A stretch of DNA of 64,000 bases. Origin: Acidobacteriota bacterium (GTDB lineage Bacteria > Acidobacteriota > Terriglobia > Bryobacterales > Bryobacteraceae). The translations under genes were made by a program, and so were the position numbers. Below are positions 9,617-20,584 of the stretch, piece after piece. Location of the stretch: assembly GCA_043718395.1 (NCBI GenBank), contig JAYSVS010000211.1:1166-65165 (forward strand), read 5' to 3'. The notes under the pieces are model-generated. The model was not told the DNA's origin, made no database searches, and saw only the letters and a list, made by a program, of their open reading frames with translations. The first letter of the stretch is position 1. Each line of letters opens with the position of its first letter.

Positions 9617-10636
9617 ATGCCTGAGGTGCTGCTACGCGGAGATGGATTGGCCAAGGCTGCCTGTAGCTGTCTGCTTGCGCGTGCGGGATGGCAGATCAAA
9701 CACGATCTCGTGGCGCGTCCGAAGTTACCTGTCGTGCTATTGAACACGGCATCACAACGCCTGATGAGCGATGTTTTTGAAAACGCAAAGTTGCTTGAGG
9801 GCTTCTACCCGATCAACAAGCGGATCGTTCGCTGGGGTGCGAATGCGGAAACACTGGTTATTCCTCACTCGGCGCTAGCAGTATCAGAGCAAGCCTTGCT
9901 GGACCGTATCGATTTCCGGTCAGGGGAAACAGGGCCGGCCAGCTACAGCATTCATTCGACCAAGCCGTTGCCGGTTGATCTGGGCGAAGCGTGCTTCGGA
10001 AACCGTCGTGCGGAGGCAGTGGGGATTGTCTTGAAATCGAGTGCAGAGCGGCATTCGTGTTGGATCGAGTCTGTCGCTGACGGATGGTTGTTTGCGGTTT
10101 CCGCGAGTGATGACCGGGCTTGGATGTTGGCGGTTGGCGCAAGCAGCGAGGTCTTGCTTACGCAGAGCGTTTTGATTGCGGGCATTGTAGAATCCCTCGC
10201 CCCTGAGCGCAGCAGCTTTGCGGCTTATCCGCGAATCTCTAATCCTTTGACCGGCCCCGGTTGGCTGGCCTGCGGCGGTGCCGCCTTATCGTTTGATCCG
10301 CTTTGCGGCGAAGGCATTGGGCATGCTTTGCGTGAAGCTATTCTTGCGGCCGCGATTCTCAAAGCACATGCACAGGGGCAGGATTGGAATCAGTTGCAAT
10401 CGCTCTATGCGCAACGCTTGCGCGGCGGCTTCAGAAGACATCTGGAGCAGTGTCACAAATTATACTCAAGCGGTGGAGAGAGCGAGTGGTGGCTGACTGA
10501 GTTGGACAGCATCGAGACAGGGATGCGACTGATCCCGCGCGAGACTCAATCTGCTCCAGCTTTTCGATTGGAAGGCTTTGACCTAGTGCCGCTCAAACCA
10601 CTGGAGAATGTGCTCCACCTTCAAAATCCGGTGTGA
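9617..10636 (+). CDS. FAD-dependent oxidoreductase-like protein (halogenase/monooxygenase fold) with a degenerate dinucleotide-binding motif
   Basis: The N-terminus LLRGDGLAKAACSCLLARAG resembles a degraded GxGxxG motif. The C-proximal CGGAALSFDPLCGEGIGHAL resembles the GDAA..DP..G.G motif of flavoprotein monooxygenases and halogenases. No stronger match was recognised. Confidence 0.4.
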   Translation: MPEVLLRGDGLAKAACSCLLARAGWQIKHDLVARPKLPVVLLNTASQRLMSDVFENAKLLEGFYPINKRIVRWGANAETLVIPHSALAVSEQALLDRIDFRSGETGPASYSIHSTKPLPVDLGEACFGNRRAEAVGIVLKSSAERHSCWIESVADGWLFAVSASDDRAWMLAVGASSEVLLTQSVLIAGIVESLAPERSSFAAYPRISNPLTGPGWLACGGAALSFDPLCGEGIGHALREAILAAAILKAHAQGQDWNQLQSLYAQRLRGGFRRHLEQCHKLYSSGGESEWWLTELDSIETGMRLIPRETQSAPAFRLEGFDLVPLKPLENVLHLQNPV

Positions 10637-12586
10637 GGGGTATGCGCCGCGGATACCGTGCGGCTCTTTGGGGAATCGAACCAAAACTGTATCCACACCT
10701 CGTGACTTAAGCGCGAAATAGAACTCTTCACTTTGCGCTATCGGGGTTCGCCAGTCTTCTTCGCCGGTCAGCACCATCGTTGGAGTCTTCACCTTATCGA
10801 CAAAGAAAACGGGGCTGCGCGAAATGTACTGCTGGGGATTTTCCCAAGGCATCGACTTCATCCAGCGCGTCATCAGGAGTCCGATATCGGCGCTACCTGC
10901 TTGGGTGAACCAGTTGGTTACAGGGTACTGACTGACGGCAGCTTTAAAGCGATCCGTCCTGGTTACGATCCAGGCTGTCAGCAGTCCACCACCTGAGCCG
11001 CCGGTGACATAGAGTCGCCTGGGATCTAGGTAGCCTTTGGCAATTAACGCATCAACTCCGGTCATGAGATCCTGGTAGTCGTCACCTGGGTACTTGGCAT
11101 GGATGATGTCTGCGAAATCTTCTCCATAGCCAGTGGAGCCCCGCGGATTGGTGTAGAGAACCACAAAGCCACGGGAGGCAAACATCTGCATTTGATGCTG
11201 GAACTCGACACCATACATCGTATGCGGGCCGCCGTGAATATCGAGGATCAGTGGATACTGGCGCGAGGTATCAAAGTCTGGAGGATGGATCACCCAGCCT
11301 TGCATTGGTTTGCCATCGAAGCTCTTCCAGTTGAGTTCTTCCGTGCGGCCAATTTTACGAGCGGCAAGCAGCCCTTCGTTTACTTGAGTCAAGCGCCTTG
11401 GAGTGCTGCCTGGGCGGATCGCAAAAATGTCCTTCGGGCTGTCTGTACCCGAGGAGCCTATGGCAACAGTTCCGTTGGCCGCCATTGAGAATCTTTCCGT
11501 TGCTGCGTAGGCAGTCGTGAAACGCAGGTTGCCGCTCGTGAGTGGCTCGATGCTGCCAGCAAGGGAAGCAAAGTGGAGGTGCGATTGCCCGCTGCTCTCA
11601 ATTACTGTGTAGAGGCCGGAACTATCTGCCTTCCAGATTGGCGAATGATAGTTGCGATCCATGCTTGCGCCAAGCAGCTTGAGGCCCTTGCCGTCCAGAC
11701 CCACCATCCAGAGGCGGGTGGAATGATTCGACTTGCCGCGGTCTTCAAAGCCGAGGAAAGCGAGCCACTTGCCGTCGGGGGATATCGTGGGGTCCGACTC
11801 GGCACCAATGCGATCAAGGATCAGGCGCGCCTGGCCAGTCTGAACGTTGATCGCATAAAGGTCATTCGGATAAAGGATGGCGTCCGCGTCGTCCCGGCGG
11901 GCTGCTGATAAGACGATCGTCTTGCCGTCTGGAGTCCAGGCCGCCGGGCCAGTGTGTGCATAATCGCCATTTGTAACTTGCCGGGGAGCACCACCTTCTG
12001 CGGGGATCACGAAGAGATGAGGTGTGCTTGTGGGCAAGAGTCCTGCTCCGCCGATACCATCTGCACGCCAGGTCAGCTTGGTAACAACGCTGGGGCCTTC
12101 GGTCCACTTCGCGCCAGTTGGCGGTGGCGTCGATTGGATCGACCACTTCGAGTTCACCTTGACGCGATAGAAGAAAGCGACCCATCGCGAGTCGGGTGAC
12201 CACGCAATATCGGACATTGCATTTTCAAGGTTGGTGATCTGGGACTCTTCCCCGGAATCCATCCATCGAACGACAATTTGAGGGCGGCCAGAGCGCGTGG
12301 AGATGTAAGCAAGGCGCTTCCCGTCGGGCGACAAGGCGGCGCTTGAATCGCGGTGCTTGCCTTCGGTGAGCGGACGGTTGTTCTTCCCGTCGGTGTTCAC
12401 TGTCCAGAGGTTGGAATGAAAGGCGTCGGTCATCTTATCTGCCCACTCCAACTGGTAAATCACGCGCGAACCATCGGAGCTGATCCGCGGATTGGAAGGT
12501 GTGCGCCAATCCCAAACCGTGTCGGGACCAAGCGTGTCGGCAGCAAATCCGGAGAGGCAAAACAGAAACGTCAGCAGAAGGCGCAT
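10583..12586 (-). CDS. S9 family serine peptidase (acylaminoacyl/prolyl oligopeptidase type) with an N-terminal beta-propeller
   Basis: Signal peptide MRLLLTFLFCLSGFA. There are repeated SPDG.../WSPD propeller blades (TolB-like). The catalytic nucleophile context is VTGGSGGGLL, with GEEDWRTP (Asp) and PKEPHGI (His) near the C-terminus. Confidence 0.85.
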   Translation of the reverse strand: MRLLLTFLFCLSGFAADTLGPDTVWDWRTPSNPRISSDGSRVIYQLEWADKMTDAFHSNLWTVNTDGKNNRPLTEGKHRDSSAALSPDGKRLAYISTRSGRPQIVVRWMDSGEESQITNLENAMSDIAWSPDSRWVAFFYRVKVNSKWSIQSTPPPTGAKWTEGPSVVTKLTWRADGIGGAGLLPTSTPHLFVIPAEGGAPRQVTNGDYAHTGPAAWTPDGKTIVLSAARRDDADAILYPNDLYAINVQTGQARLILDRIGAESDPTISPDGKWLAFLGFEDRGKSNHSTRLWMVGLDGKGLKLLGASMDRNYHSPIWKADSSGLYTVIESSGQSHLHFASLAGSIEPLTSGNLRFTTAYAATERFSMAANGTVAIGSSGTDSPKDIFAIRPGSTPRRLTQVNEGLLAARKIGRTEELNWKSFDGKPMQGWVIHPPDFDTSRQYPLILDIHGGPHTMYGVEFQHQMQMFASRGFVVLYTNPRGSTGYGEDFADIIHAKYPGDDYQDLMTGVDALIAKGYLDPRRLYVTGGSGGGLLTAWIVTRTDRFKAAVSQYPVTNWFTQAGSADIGLLMTRWMKSMPWENPQQYISRSPVFFVDKVKTPTMVLTGEEDWRTPIAQSEEFYFALKSRGVDTVLVRFPKEPHGIRGAYPSHRILKVEHILQWFERH

Positions 12587-12593
12587 GTCGAGA

Positions 12594-13508
12594 TTATGCG
12601 CGGCCCATACCCAACAAGTCCAGCGACTTGAAGACGTTCAGCAAATTATCCAGCGAGAAGTCGCCCTGCATTTTCACGGTTGCACCTTCTTGATAAAACC
12701 GCAGCGCATTGAGCATTTCAGACAATCCCTTCTTTTCGCCCTTGAGGGTCAACCTCAACAAACTCGTGATGCCCCGAAGCCCGTCGTGCAACTTCTTGGC
12801 GTCCTCAAGGCTTGAGCCTTCAGCCTCGGCGCGAAGCGAAGCACCTGTTCTCATATCCAGATAAGCTTTGGCTGACTTCAGTGTCAGAGGAAGGCTTTGC
12901 ACGCCGCCAATTCCTCCTTCGGGTATGCTGGGCGCGTTTGACACTACATAGAAATGCGCCTCCCGAGGCAGTGTCTCCACCATCGCCAGCAACTCCATAG
13001 GAACCGTGTTCTTGCGTTCGCGACTGTCGATGATCGATCTCAAGGCGGAAGCGCGACCGACTGCGGCAACACTGGAATTGAAGAACGTCACTGCTGCTTC
13101 TTCCTTCCCTACCAGCATGAATCCCTTGTACGGCAACTTTTGAGCACCTTCAATTTTTAGCTCTGGTTCGAGCCCGGCATTTGTGATGCCACCATCGACG
13201 AATTTACCGCGAATCAAGCCCAGCCTGTGCTTGCCCCCGGCGCAATAAACCACTTCGTGTGTGCCTGTCCTTAGATCAAGGCCAGTCTGTTTCTTGAGCG
13301 TCTCCAACGCTATTGGCCCACTCGCCGGGAAAAGCTTATCCCAGGCCGGTGTCTTGCGAAGATTGTCTACTCGAATCCCGATCAGCGTGGTTGTATCTGA
13401 CGGAATCAGCGGGGCAAGACCGGCGTCCACACGCTGGTGTGTGACTTCCTGTTTACAGCCAAACAACAAAAGAGGCGCAAGCACTGCCGCGCGTCTTGAT
13501 AGAATCAC
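12594..13508 (-). CDS. Hypothetical lipoprotein
   Basis: A GTG at 13508 gives MILSRRAAVLAPLLLFGC, which has a charged n-region, a hydrophobic core and the lipobox LFGC. No recognisable domain follows. The ATG alternatives at 13535, 13541 and 13592 would run antisense over the start of the divergent amidohydrolase gene. Confidence 0.5.
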   Translation of the reverse strand: MILSRRAAVLAPLLLFGCKQEVTHQRVDAGLAPLIPSDTTTLIGIRVDNLRKTPAWDKLFPASGPIALETLKKQTGLDLRTGTHEVVYCAGGKHRLGLIRGKFVDGGITNAGLEPELKIEGAQKLPYKGFMLVGKEEAAVTFFNSSVAAVGRASALRSIIDSRERKNTVPMELLAMVETLPREAHFYVVSNAPSIPEGGIGGVQSLPLTLKSAKAYLDMRTGASLRAEAEGSSLEDAKKLHDGLRGITSLLRLTLKGEKKGLSEMLNALRFYQEGATVKMQGDFSLDNLLNVFKSLDLLGMGRA

Positions 13509-13517
13509 TTCCGTAAG

Positions 13518-14351
13518 ATGCGCATCGACTCTCATCAACATTATTGGAATCCAGATCTCCTGACATATTCCTGGATGCCACCCGGGCCTCATCCGTTGCG
13601 AAGAAACTATCTACCCGCCGACCTTGAACCGGCGCTCACCCAGAATACCTTCGATGGTAGCGTTGTTGTCCAGGCCGCACAGGTACCAGAGGAAGCCACC
13701 TGGCTGCTGAACCTCGCTTCCCAGCACAAGTCTATTTTGGGCATTGTCGCCTGGGTTGACCTGAAAAATCCGAAGATCGGCGATGTGCTGGATCAATTGC
13801 AAAAGCACAAAAAGTTTGTCGGCGTGCGTCATTTGATTCATGACGAGCCAGATGTGCGCTGGATGTTACAGCCTGAAGTGATTCGAGGGCTAAAGGAATT
13901 GGAAAACCGCAAGGTGCCCTACGATTTGCTGCTGCGGCCACCTCACCTGCCCTACGTTCCAGCATTGATCGATAAGGTTCCCGGCCTGCCGATGGTGATT
14001 GACCACATCTCAAAGCCTCATATCAAAGAAGGCGTTTTTGATGGTTGGGCACAGGATATGGAGCGTATCGCCAAGCACTCCAAACTCTATTGCAAGGTTT
14101 CGGGGATGATCACCGAAGCAGATCACAAAAACTGGAAATCTGAGCAGTTGACTCCCTACATCCAGCATGTGCTGAAACTGTTCGGATTTGATCGTTTGAT
14201 GTTCGGGTCGGACTGGCCAGTATGCACTTTGGCAGGCACTTGGAAAGAGGTGCTTGCGGCATTTACACAGGCCCTGGGGCCACAAATTGCCGATGAGCGG
14301 GCGAAAATCCTGGGATCAACGGCTGCGAAATTCTACGGATTGCGGCTATAA
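13518..14351 (+). CDS. Amidohydrolase-2 family protein (fuconolactonase-like metal-dependent hydrolase)
   Basis: The N-terminal MRIDSHQHYW metal-binding motif, internal VIDH and C-terminal MFGSDWPV are characteristic of the amidohydrolase_2 (COG3618-like) family. Confidence 0.8.
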   Translation: MRIDSHQHYWNPDLLTYSWMPPGPHPLRRNYLPADLEPALTQNTFDGSVVVQAAQVPEEATWLLNLASQHKSILGIVAWVDLKNPKIGDVLDQLQKHKKFVGVRHLIHDEPDVRWMLQPEVIRGLKELENRKVPYDLLLRPPHLPYVPALIDKVPGLPMVIDHISKPHIKEGVFDGWAQDMERIAKHSKLYCKVSGMITEADHKNWKSEQLTPYIQHVLKLFGFDRLMFGSDWPVCTLAGTWKEVLAAFTQALGPQIADERAKILGSTAAKFYGLRL

Positions 14352-14372
14352 TCGGGTCGAGGTAATTAATCC

Positions 14373-14885
14373 ATGAAGAAACTCGTTCTCTCCGTTTGCG
14401 CCCTTAGCCTGTCCATGTTCGCCCAGGACATGAAGGAAAATCCGATCGCTGCAGTCAGTGCCAATTTGTACAAGACTGTCTCGACCAACATCACCAAATC
14501 CATCGACAAGATGCCCGCTGACAAGTTCACCTTTAAATCGACCGATGGCACAATGCCATTTTCGGAATTCGTTGGCCATTTGACCGATGCCAATCAGAAT
14601 TTCTGTACCGCCGTCACTGGTGGCACAAAGCCCGCCAGCATCCGCAAGGAAACCTCCAAGGAAGTTCTAGCCAAGGCTTGGGCCGCAGCTGTTGCCGAAT
14701 GCACCAAGGCTTGGGGCATGACCACAGACAAGAGCCTCGGCACAATGATCAAGATGGGCACGCGTGAAGTAGCTGCTGCTCAGCCCATGATCCTCAACCT
14801 CAGCCACAGTTGGGAGCATTACGGCAACCTCGTAACGCTTCTTCGCATGAACGGTATGGTTCCTCCTTCATCCGAAGGCCGTTAA
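14373..14885 (+). CDS. DinB-family protein with a signal peptide
   Basis: Signal peptide MKKLVLSVCALSLSMFAQ. The pattern FVGHLTDANQNF ... SHSWEHYGNLVTLLRMNG matches the DinB/YfiT-like four-helix-bundle histidine pattern. Confidence 0.55.
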   Translation: MKKLVLSVCALSLSMFAQDMKENPIAAVSANLYKTVSTNITKSIDKMPADKFTFKSTDGTMPFSEFVGHLTDANQNFCTAVTGGTKPASIRKETSKEVLAKAWAAAVAECTKAWGMTTDKSLGTMIKMGTREVAAAQPMILNLSHSWEHYGNLVTLLRMNGMVPPSSEGR

Positions 14886-14904
14886 TTTCAGGTTCAGCTT
14901 TACT

Positions 14905-14936
14905 CAAACGGGGACAGTTTCTACTGTCCCCGTTTG
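14905..14936. terminator. Bidirectional intrinsic-terminator-like hairpin between convergent genes
   Basis: Perfect 13-bp stem CAAACGGGGACAG / CTGTCCCCGTTTG (14905-14917 and 14924-14936) with loop TTTCTA. The GC core is flanked by AAA and TTT. It lies between the stop at 14885 (+) and the stop at 14965 (-). Confidence 0.75.
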
Positions 14937-14964
14937 AATTGGTGTGCAAGATGATAGTGAAAAC

Positions 14965-15426
14965 TTACAGCTTCGGCAAGATCACGCTGTCGAGCACATG
15001 GATCACGCCATTGTCGCAAGCGATGTCAGCCTTAATCACAGTCGCCTTGTCAACCATCACCTTGCCACTCTTGGCAACAAGCTTGACAGACTGACCGTTG
15101 ACGGTCCTTGCCGGCCCGGTCTTTACATCAGCCGCCATAACCTTGGCACCTACAACGTGATAAGTCAGCACGGCCTTCAGCTTGTCCGGGTTAGCGGCGA
15201 GCATATCCATCGTGGCCTTGGGAACCTTGGCAAATGCTTCGTCGGTGGGGGCAAATACAGTAAACGGGCCAGCGCTCTTTAGCGTGTCAACAAGACCGGC
15301 GGCCTTAACAAGCGAAACCAGGGTTTTAAAGCTGCCGACGGCGGCAGCGGTGTCCACGATGTCAGCGGCAAAGCTGAAGTTCGCGGAAGTCAGAAGCAGA
15401 AATGCGGCAAGAAACGCCTTCTTCAT
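14965..15426 (-). CDS. Fasciclin (FAS1) domain protein, secreted
   Basis: Signal peptide [20 protein letters not shown]. The FAS1 hallmarks [10 protein letters not shown] and [13 protein letters not shown] are present. Confidence 0.85.
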   Translation of the reverse strand: MKKAFLAAFLLLTSANFSFAADIVDTAAAVGSFKTLVSLVKAAGLVDTLKSAGPFTVFAPTDEAFAKVPKATMDMLAANPDKLKAVLTYHVVGAKVMAADVKTGPARTVNGQSVKLVAKSGKVMVDKATVIKADIACDNGVIHVLDSVILPKL

Positions 15427-15497
15427 AGAAGTTCTCCTAATCGTTGAGAAAGATGTTTTCTTTCTACGTGCTAGATGAGAACTCCCGGTTTCAGGTG

Positions 15498-16634
15498 CTA
15501 ATTTTTTTGCCGGGCAGCCGAAACCAATTGGGCGAACTCTTCCTTGTCGCCAACTTTCAAGCTGATTTCGGTGTCATCAATATCGGATGTTTTCATCGGT
15601 ACCCGCAAGAAGCCCTGCTCCAGTTCAGAGTGGCTAATCTGCAGCCGGTCCTCACCCAAAAATAATTGCGCGGTGTCTGCAGCTTGAACCATGGAAGATG
15701 CAGGATTCCATTTGGCCTTCACTTCGTTGCCAACAATCGAAACCTCGAAGCCCAGGCCAGCTTTACCTTTATCTGCTTCCAGCCGTCCAGAATTCCACTG
15801 CTGCAAGGCAATCAAACCTCCACCCAGAATTGTTGCCGCAAAGATCATGGAAGCAAACTGCATCCACTGCATCGTGGTTCCTCGCGCAACCGCTTTCGCT
15901 TCAGGCGATCCTCCTGCATTTAACGCGTCCATATTCAGGGCCTTGTCCACAGCTACGGGGCCAGGCTTCAGCGAAAGTCTTGCTACCGGCGATTTCAAAT
16001 CAAATTTGTTTTCCTGGTTGCGCACATAAACTGCCGCGTCTGATGGCCTTTGGTGGCTCGGCCGGACAATCATGATGAATTGAGATAGGCCCTCGAAAAA
16101 CTTTTCGTGAAAGCGTACATCCTGTTCTTCGAGTTCAGGTTCACCCTTCACGCGTGACCGGAACCAGCCCAGTACTTCCATTGAATTCAAAGCGCGGTCA
16201 GTTTTGACAATTTCAAGCAACTTCTTCAGCGTCAACTCGTCCGTGCTGTTGATTCTTTGATTGAAACCCGTTTCTTTACTGCGAGAGATCGGACGCCAGG
16301 TCATCACTTGTACAGAGTCGTCCCGCTTGTAGCCCAACAGTATTCCGTACACGTCCTCGTTGATCCCACTGCGGGTCAACGGTGTTGAGCCGAGATATGA
16401 TCGAATTTGCTCAAGTAATCCAGTGCGCCACGTCAGATCAATAATGCCCTGGCTTCCGTCCAGCCAGACAGTATTTCCTGTCATGTCGTATTTGTTGAGC
16501 GATTCTACATCCAAAATGGAAACTGTAGTCACAGGCGGTTTTCCTTCCAAGTTGAAGATTCTGATGGCGTTTCTACCTCCACAATCTCCTGTTACTATTT
16601 TGAGCCCGAACCCTTTGAAGTCAACCCGGTACAC
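15498..16634 (-). CDS. Hypothetical membrane protein with an MPN/JAB-like domain that lacks the metal-binding residues
   Basis: VYGILLGY...VQVMTWRPI and [21 protein letters not shown] mimic the MPN pattern (G.L.G ... GWYHSHP...S..D), but R-S-R replaces H-S-H. One predicted TM helix ([23 protein letters not shown]) is followed by a tail of about 95 aa. Confidence 0.5.
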   Translation of the reverse strand: MYRVDFKGFGLKIVTGDCGGRNAIRIFNLEGKPPVTTVSILDVESLNKYDMTGNTVWLDGSQGIIDLTWRTGLLEQIRSYLGSTPLTRSGINEDVYGILLGYKRDDSVQVMTWRPISRSKETGFNQRINSTDELTLKKLLEIVKTDRALNSMEVLGWFRSRVKGEPELEEQDVRFHEKFFEGLSQFIMIVRPSHQRPSDAAVYVRNQENKFDLKSPVARLSLKPGPVAVDKALNMDALNAGGSPEAKAVARGTTMQWMQFASMIFAATILGGGLIALQQWNSGRLEADKGKAGLGFEVSIVGNEVKAKWNPASSMVQAADTAQLFLGEDRLQISHSELEQGFLRVPMKTSDIDDTEISLKVGDKEEFAQLVSAARQKN

Positions 16635-16774
16635 GTACCATCAATGGGCGCTTTGCTACTAGTTCCTTCGGTCTAGTACTTTGACCTATCAATTCGATAA
16701 ACAGAGGCGGATCCGCAGGATTATGTTCCAAATTTTCTTCGCCCTTCGCTACACTACCTAATGAATTTAAACTT

Positions 16775-17734
16775 ATGCAGACGAAACGACTTGGAAACAG
16801 TGATCTGGACATAACCTCGCTCGGAGTGGGAGCTTGGGCCATCGGAGGAGGCGGTTGGGCCTTTGGTTGGGGCCCACAGGACGACAATGAGTCGATAGAT
16901 GCCATCCGCGGCGCAATCGATGAAGGAATCAACTGGATTGATACGGCAGCCGTCTATGGCTTGGGTCACTCTGAGGATGTGGTCGCCAAAGCCGTGGCGG
17001 GCATGTCCAAACGGCCCTACATCTTTACGAAGTGTGCCCGAATTTGGAATGAAAAAGGGGAGATCGGCAAAAGCCTCAAAGCCGGCTCGATTCGGCGCGA
17101 ACTCGAAGCCAGTCTTCGCCGCCTCAAAGTAGACGTGATTGACCTCTACCAAATCCATTGGCCTGAACCTGACGAAGACGTCGAAGAAGGCTGGTCTACT
17201 ATGGCCAAGCTCAAAGAAGAGGGCAAGGTTCGCTGGATCGGTGTATCAAATTTCAATGCGGCGCAGATGAAGCGTGCTCAGGCGATCACCCCCGTCACTT
17301 CACTTCAACCGCCTTATTCTCTGGTTCAGAGAGAAGTCGAATCCGAAATTCTCCCTCATGCTGCCGCAACCAATGTCGGCACCATTGTTTACTCCCCAAT
17401 GAAAAACGGGCTGCTCAGCGGGCGCATGACCAAGGCCCGTGTCGAGAATTTACCTGAAGATGATTTTCGAAAGCGAAGTCCCTACTTCCAGGAACCCCGG
17501 CTGACGGCAACCTTGAATTTGGTTGAAGATCTCCGTTTGATCGCCGCAAAGTATGAATGTACCGTAGGCGAGGTTGCCATCGCCTGGGCCCTGCGCCATC
17601 CCGCCGTGACTGCGGCAATCGTCGGAGTTCGCAATCGTGGGCAACTCGCAGGGGTTCTCAAGTCCGCTAATCTAAATATCGAAGCCGCAGATTTTCAGCA
17701 GATTGAGGATCTTCTGTTAAAGCACGGACTCTAA
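16775..17734 (+). CDS. Aldo/keto reductase
   Basis: MQTKRLGNSDLDITSLGVGAWAIGG, IDTAAVYGLGHSE, DLYQIHWPE, GKVRWIGVSNF and IVGVRN are canonical AKR motifs. Confidence 0.9.
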   Translation: MQTKRLGNSDLDITSLGVGAWAIGGGGWAFGWGPQDDNESIDAIRGAIDEGINWIDTAAVYGLGHSEDVVAKAVAGMSKRPYIFTKCARIWNEKGEIGKSLKAGSIRRELEASLRRLKVDVIDLYQIHWPEPDEDVEEGWSTMAKLKEEGKVRWIGVSNFNAAQMKRAQAITPVTSLQPPYSLVQREVESEILPHAAATNVGTIVYSPMKNGLLSGRMTKARVENLPEDDFRKRSPYFQEPRLTATLNLVEDLRLIAAKYECTVGEVAIAWALRHPAVTAAIVGVRNRGQLAGVLKSANLNIEAADFQQIEDLLLKHGL

Positions 17735-17747
17735 ACAGGAAGCCCTC

Positions 17748-18989
17748 GTGACCACGTCATACCTTACTGCTCTTTCGCTCGCGATCGACTCGCTCAAAGC
17801 TCACCGCCTCAGGACCTTCCTTACCCTGCTCGGTGTCGTCATTGGTGTTGCCAGCGTGATTCTGGTTGGTGCCGGCATCGAAGGCTTGGGCATGACCGCT
17901 GAAGAGACCACTTCCAGAGCCTTTGGCACTGAATCCTATCTCCTCGCGCAAGTTGCCAATGTGGGCCGCCTTACTCCCAAGCAGCGCGCTGCTCTGCTTC
18001 GCAACAACCGGCAACTTCGTCGCGACGATCTTGTCTACTTGCGTGCTGCAACTGGCGAGCAAGTCCAGTACAGTCCTTACTCACAACGTATTGACGATGT
18101 CAAACGGGAAGAACGCACCTTCGAGGGCTGCAGCATCATTGGTGTCTCCGCTTCACTTGCCGAAATTCGGGATGTGGGCGTTGTGGATGGCCGATTTTTT
18201 ACCGAACAGGAAGAACGAAACAAAAGCTACGTTGCCGTCATTGGCGATGAACTCCGCACCTATTTTTTCCCTGGTGCCTCTCCCATAGGACAGACCATCA
18301 AAGTTCGCGGATATGACTTCCTCGTTATCGGTGTCCAGGAAAAGCTCGGTTCCAATCTTGGCCGCAGCCAGGACAATTCTGTTTACATTCCTGACACCAC
18401 CTACGAAAAGCTTTATGGCCCTGCCAAATCGATGAGCATATTTGCCAGGTCCAAGGCCGGCTCCGGGCTCTCGCTAGATGAAGCGCTTGAGGTCACACGC
18501 GGGGCCATGCGAGTGCGCAATCACCTCGGACCCAAAAAGGAAGACAATTTCGGCTTTCTAACTCCCGATTCTATTCGCGGTTTCATCGACAACATCCTCG
18601 GCCTTATCCGCATCGTCGTCGTACCCATCACTCTGATCTCGCTCGTTGTTGGCGGCATTGTCATCATGAACATCATGCTGGTGAGCGTCACTGAACGCAC
18701 CAAGGAGATCGGAATCCGCAAATCTCTTGGTGCTCGCAGCTCCGATATTCTGGTTCAGATCCTGACCGAAAGTTTTGTTGTCTCAGCACTCGGAGGCTTT
18801 CTGGGAATTGCCATCGCCTGGGGAATCGTGGAAGTTCTGATCTCCGCATTTGAAATCAAGATGCGCATTACCTATCCCTACATACTGCTTGCCGTCTTCG
18901 TCTCAAGCGGTGTGGGCCTCATTTCTGGCTGGTACCCGGCCCGGCGGGCCGCCCGTCTGGATCCGATTGAAGCGTTGAGGGCAGATTAA
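17748..18989 (+). CDS. ABC-transporter permease, MacB/FtsX type
   Basis: GTG start. The N-terminal TM helix (LRTFLTLLGVVIGVASVI) is followed by a periplasmic core domain and an FtsX domain with VGGIVIMNIMLVSVTERTKEIGIRKSLGA. The C-terminus is YPARRAARLDPIEALR. Confidence 0.85.
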   Translation: MTTSYLTALSLAIDSLKAHRLRTFLTLLGVVIGVASVILVGAGIEGLGMTAEETTSRAFGTESYLLAQVANVGRLTPKQRAALLRNNRQLRRDDLVYLRAATGEQVQYSPYSQRIDDVKREERTFEGCSIIGVSASLAEIRDVGVVDGRFFTEQEERNKSYVAVIGDELRTYFFPGASPIGQTIKVRGYDFLVIGVQEKLGSNLGRSQDNSVYIPDTTYEKLYGPAKSMSIFARSKAGSGLSLDEALEVTRGAMRVRNHLGPKKEDNFGFLTPDSIRGFIDNILGLIRIVVVPITLISLVVGGIVIMNIMLVSVTERTKEIGIRKSLGARSSDILVQILTESFVVSALGGFLGIAIAWGIVEVLISAFEIKMRITYPYILLAVFVSSGVGLISGWYPARRAARLDPIEALRAD

Positions 18990-18991
18990 TC

Positions 18992-20242
<1,251 letters not shown>

Positions 20243-20383
20243 CGTCCCATCTTAGGTGTTTTTCCTGACACCTGACGAAAGTACTGAGGTGAATTAGAGG
20301 TACTACTACGTGATTTGCTTAGTTGAAGGAACTCCTCTTTTGACCGAGGATAGAGATAACCAATAGCCAAGGAGTACTACAAC

Positions 20384-20584
20384 ATGCCCAACCTAAACTT
20401 CAAATCGATCCACCGCCGCATCGGCAAGCTGCTGTCAGAGACCAAGGGACAGGACTTGGTTGAATATGCCCTCTTAAGCGGTTTCATGGTGGTTGCAATT
20501 TGGGCCTTCTTTCCAACAGGCGTCGTTCCTTCAATCAGCACCATTTTCAGCCGCATCGTCTCAACTGCCAATACCACGCCCTAA
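20384..20584 (+). CDS. flp: Flp/Fap family type IVb pilin subunit
   Basis: The 66-aa product carries the Flp motif G-x4-EY (TKGQDLVEYALL) followed by a hydrophobic helix (SGFMVVAIWAFF). AAGGAG lies 9 nt upstream of the ATG. Confidence 0.75.
   Translation: MPNLNFKSIHRRIGKLLSETKGQDLVEYALLSGFMVVAIWAFFPTGVVPSISTIFSRIVSTANTTP

Noticed and set aside
13509-13592. Longer ATG-initiated versions of the lipoprotein gene (starts at 13535, 13541 and 13592), running antisense across the amidohydrolase start codon.
   Set aside because: The GTG at 13508 yields an ideal lipoprotein signal peptide directly (MILSRRAAVLAPLLLFGC). The longer versions add a non-signal-like leader and create a head-to-head coding overlap. 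I cannot fully exclude them.
15447-15465. A 7-bp A/T-rich hairpin (AGAAAGA…TCTTTCT) between the MPN-like gene and the fasciclin gene.
   Set aside because: The stem is short and weak with no U-tract on the transcribed strand. That is not enough to call a terminator.
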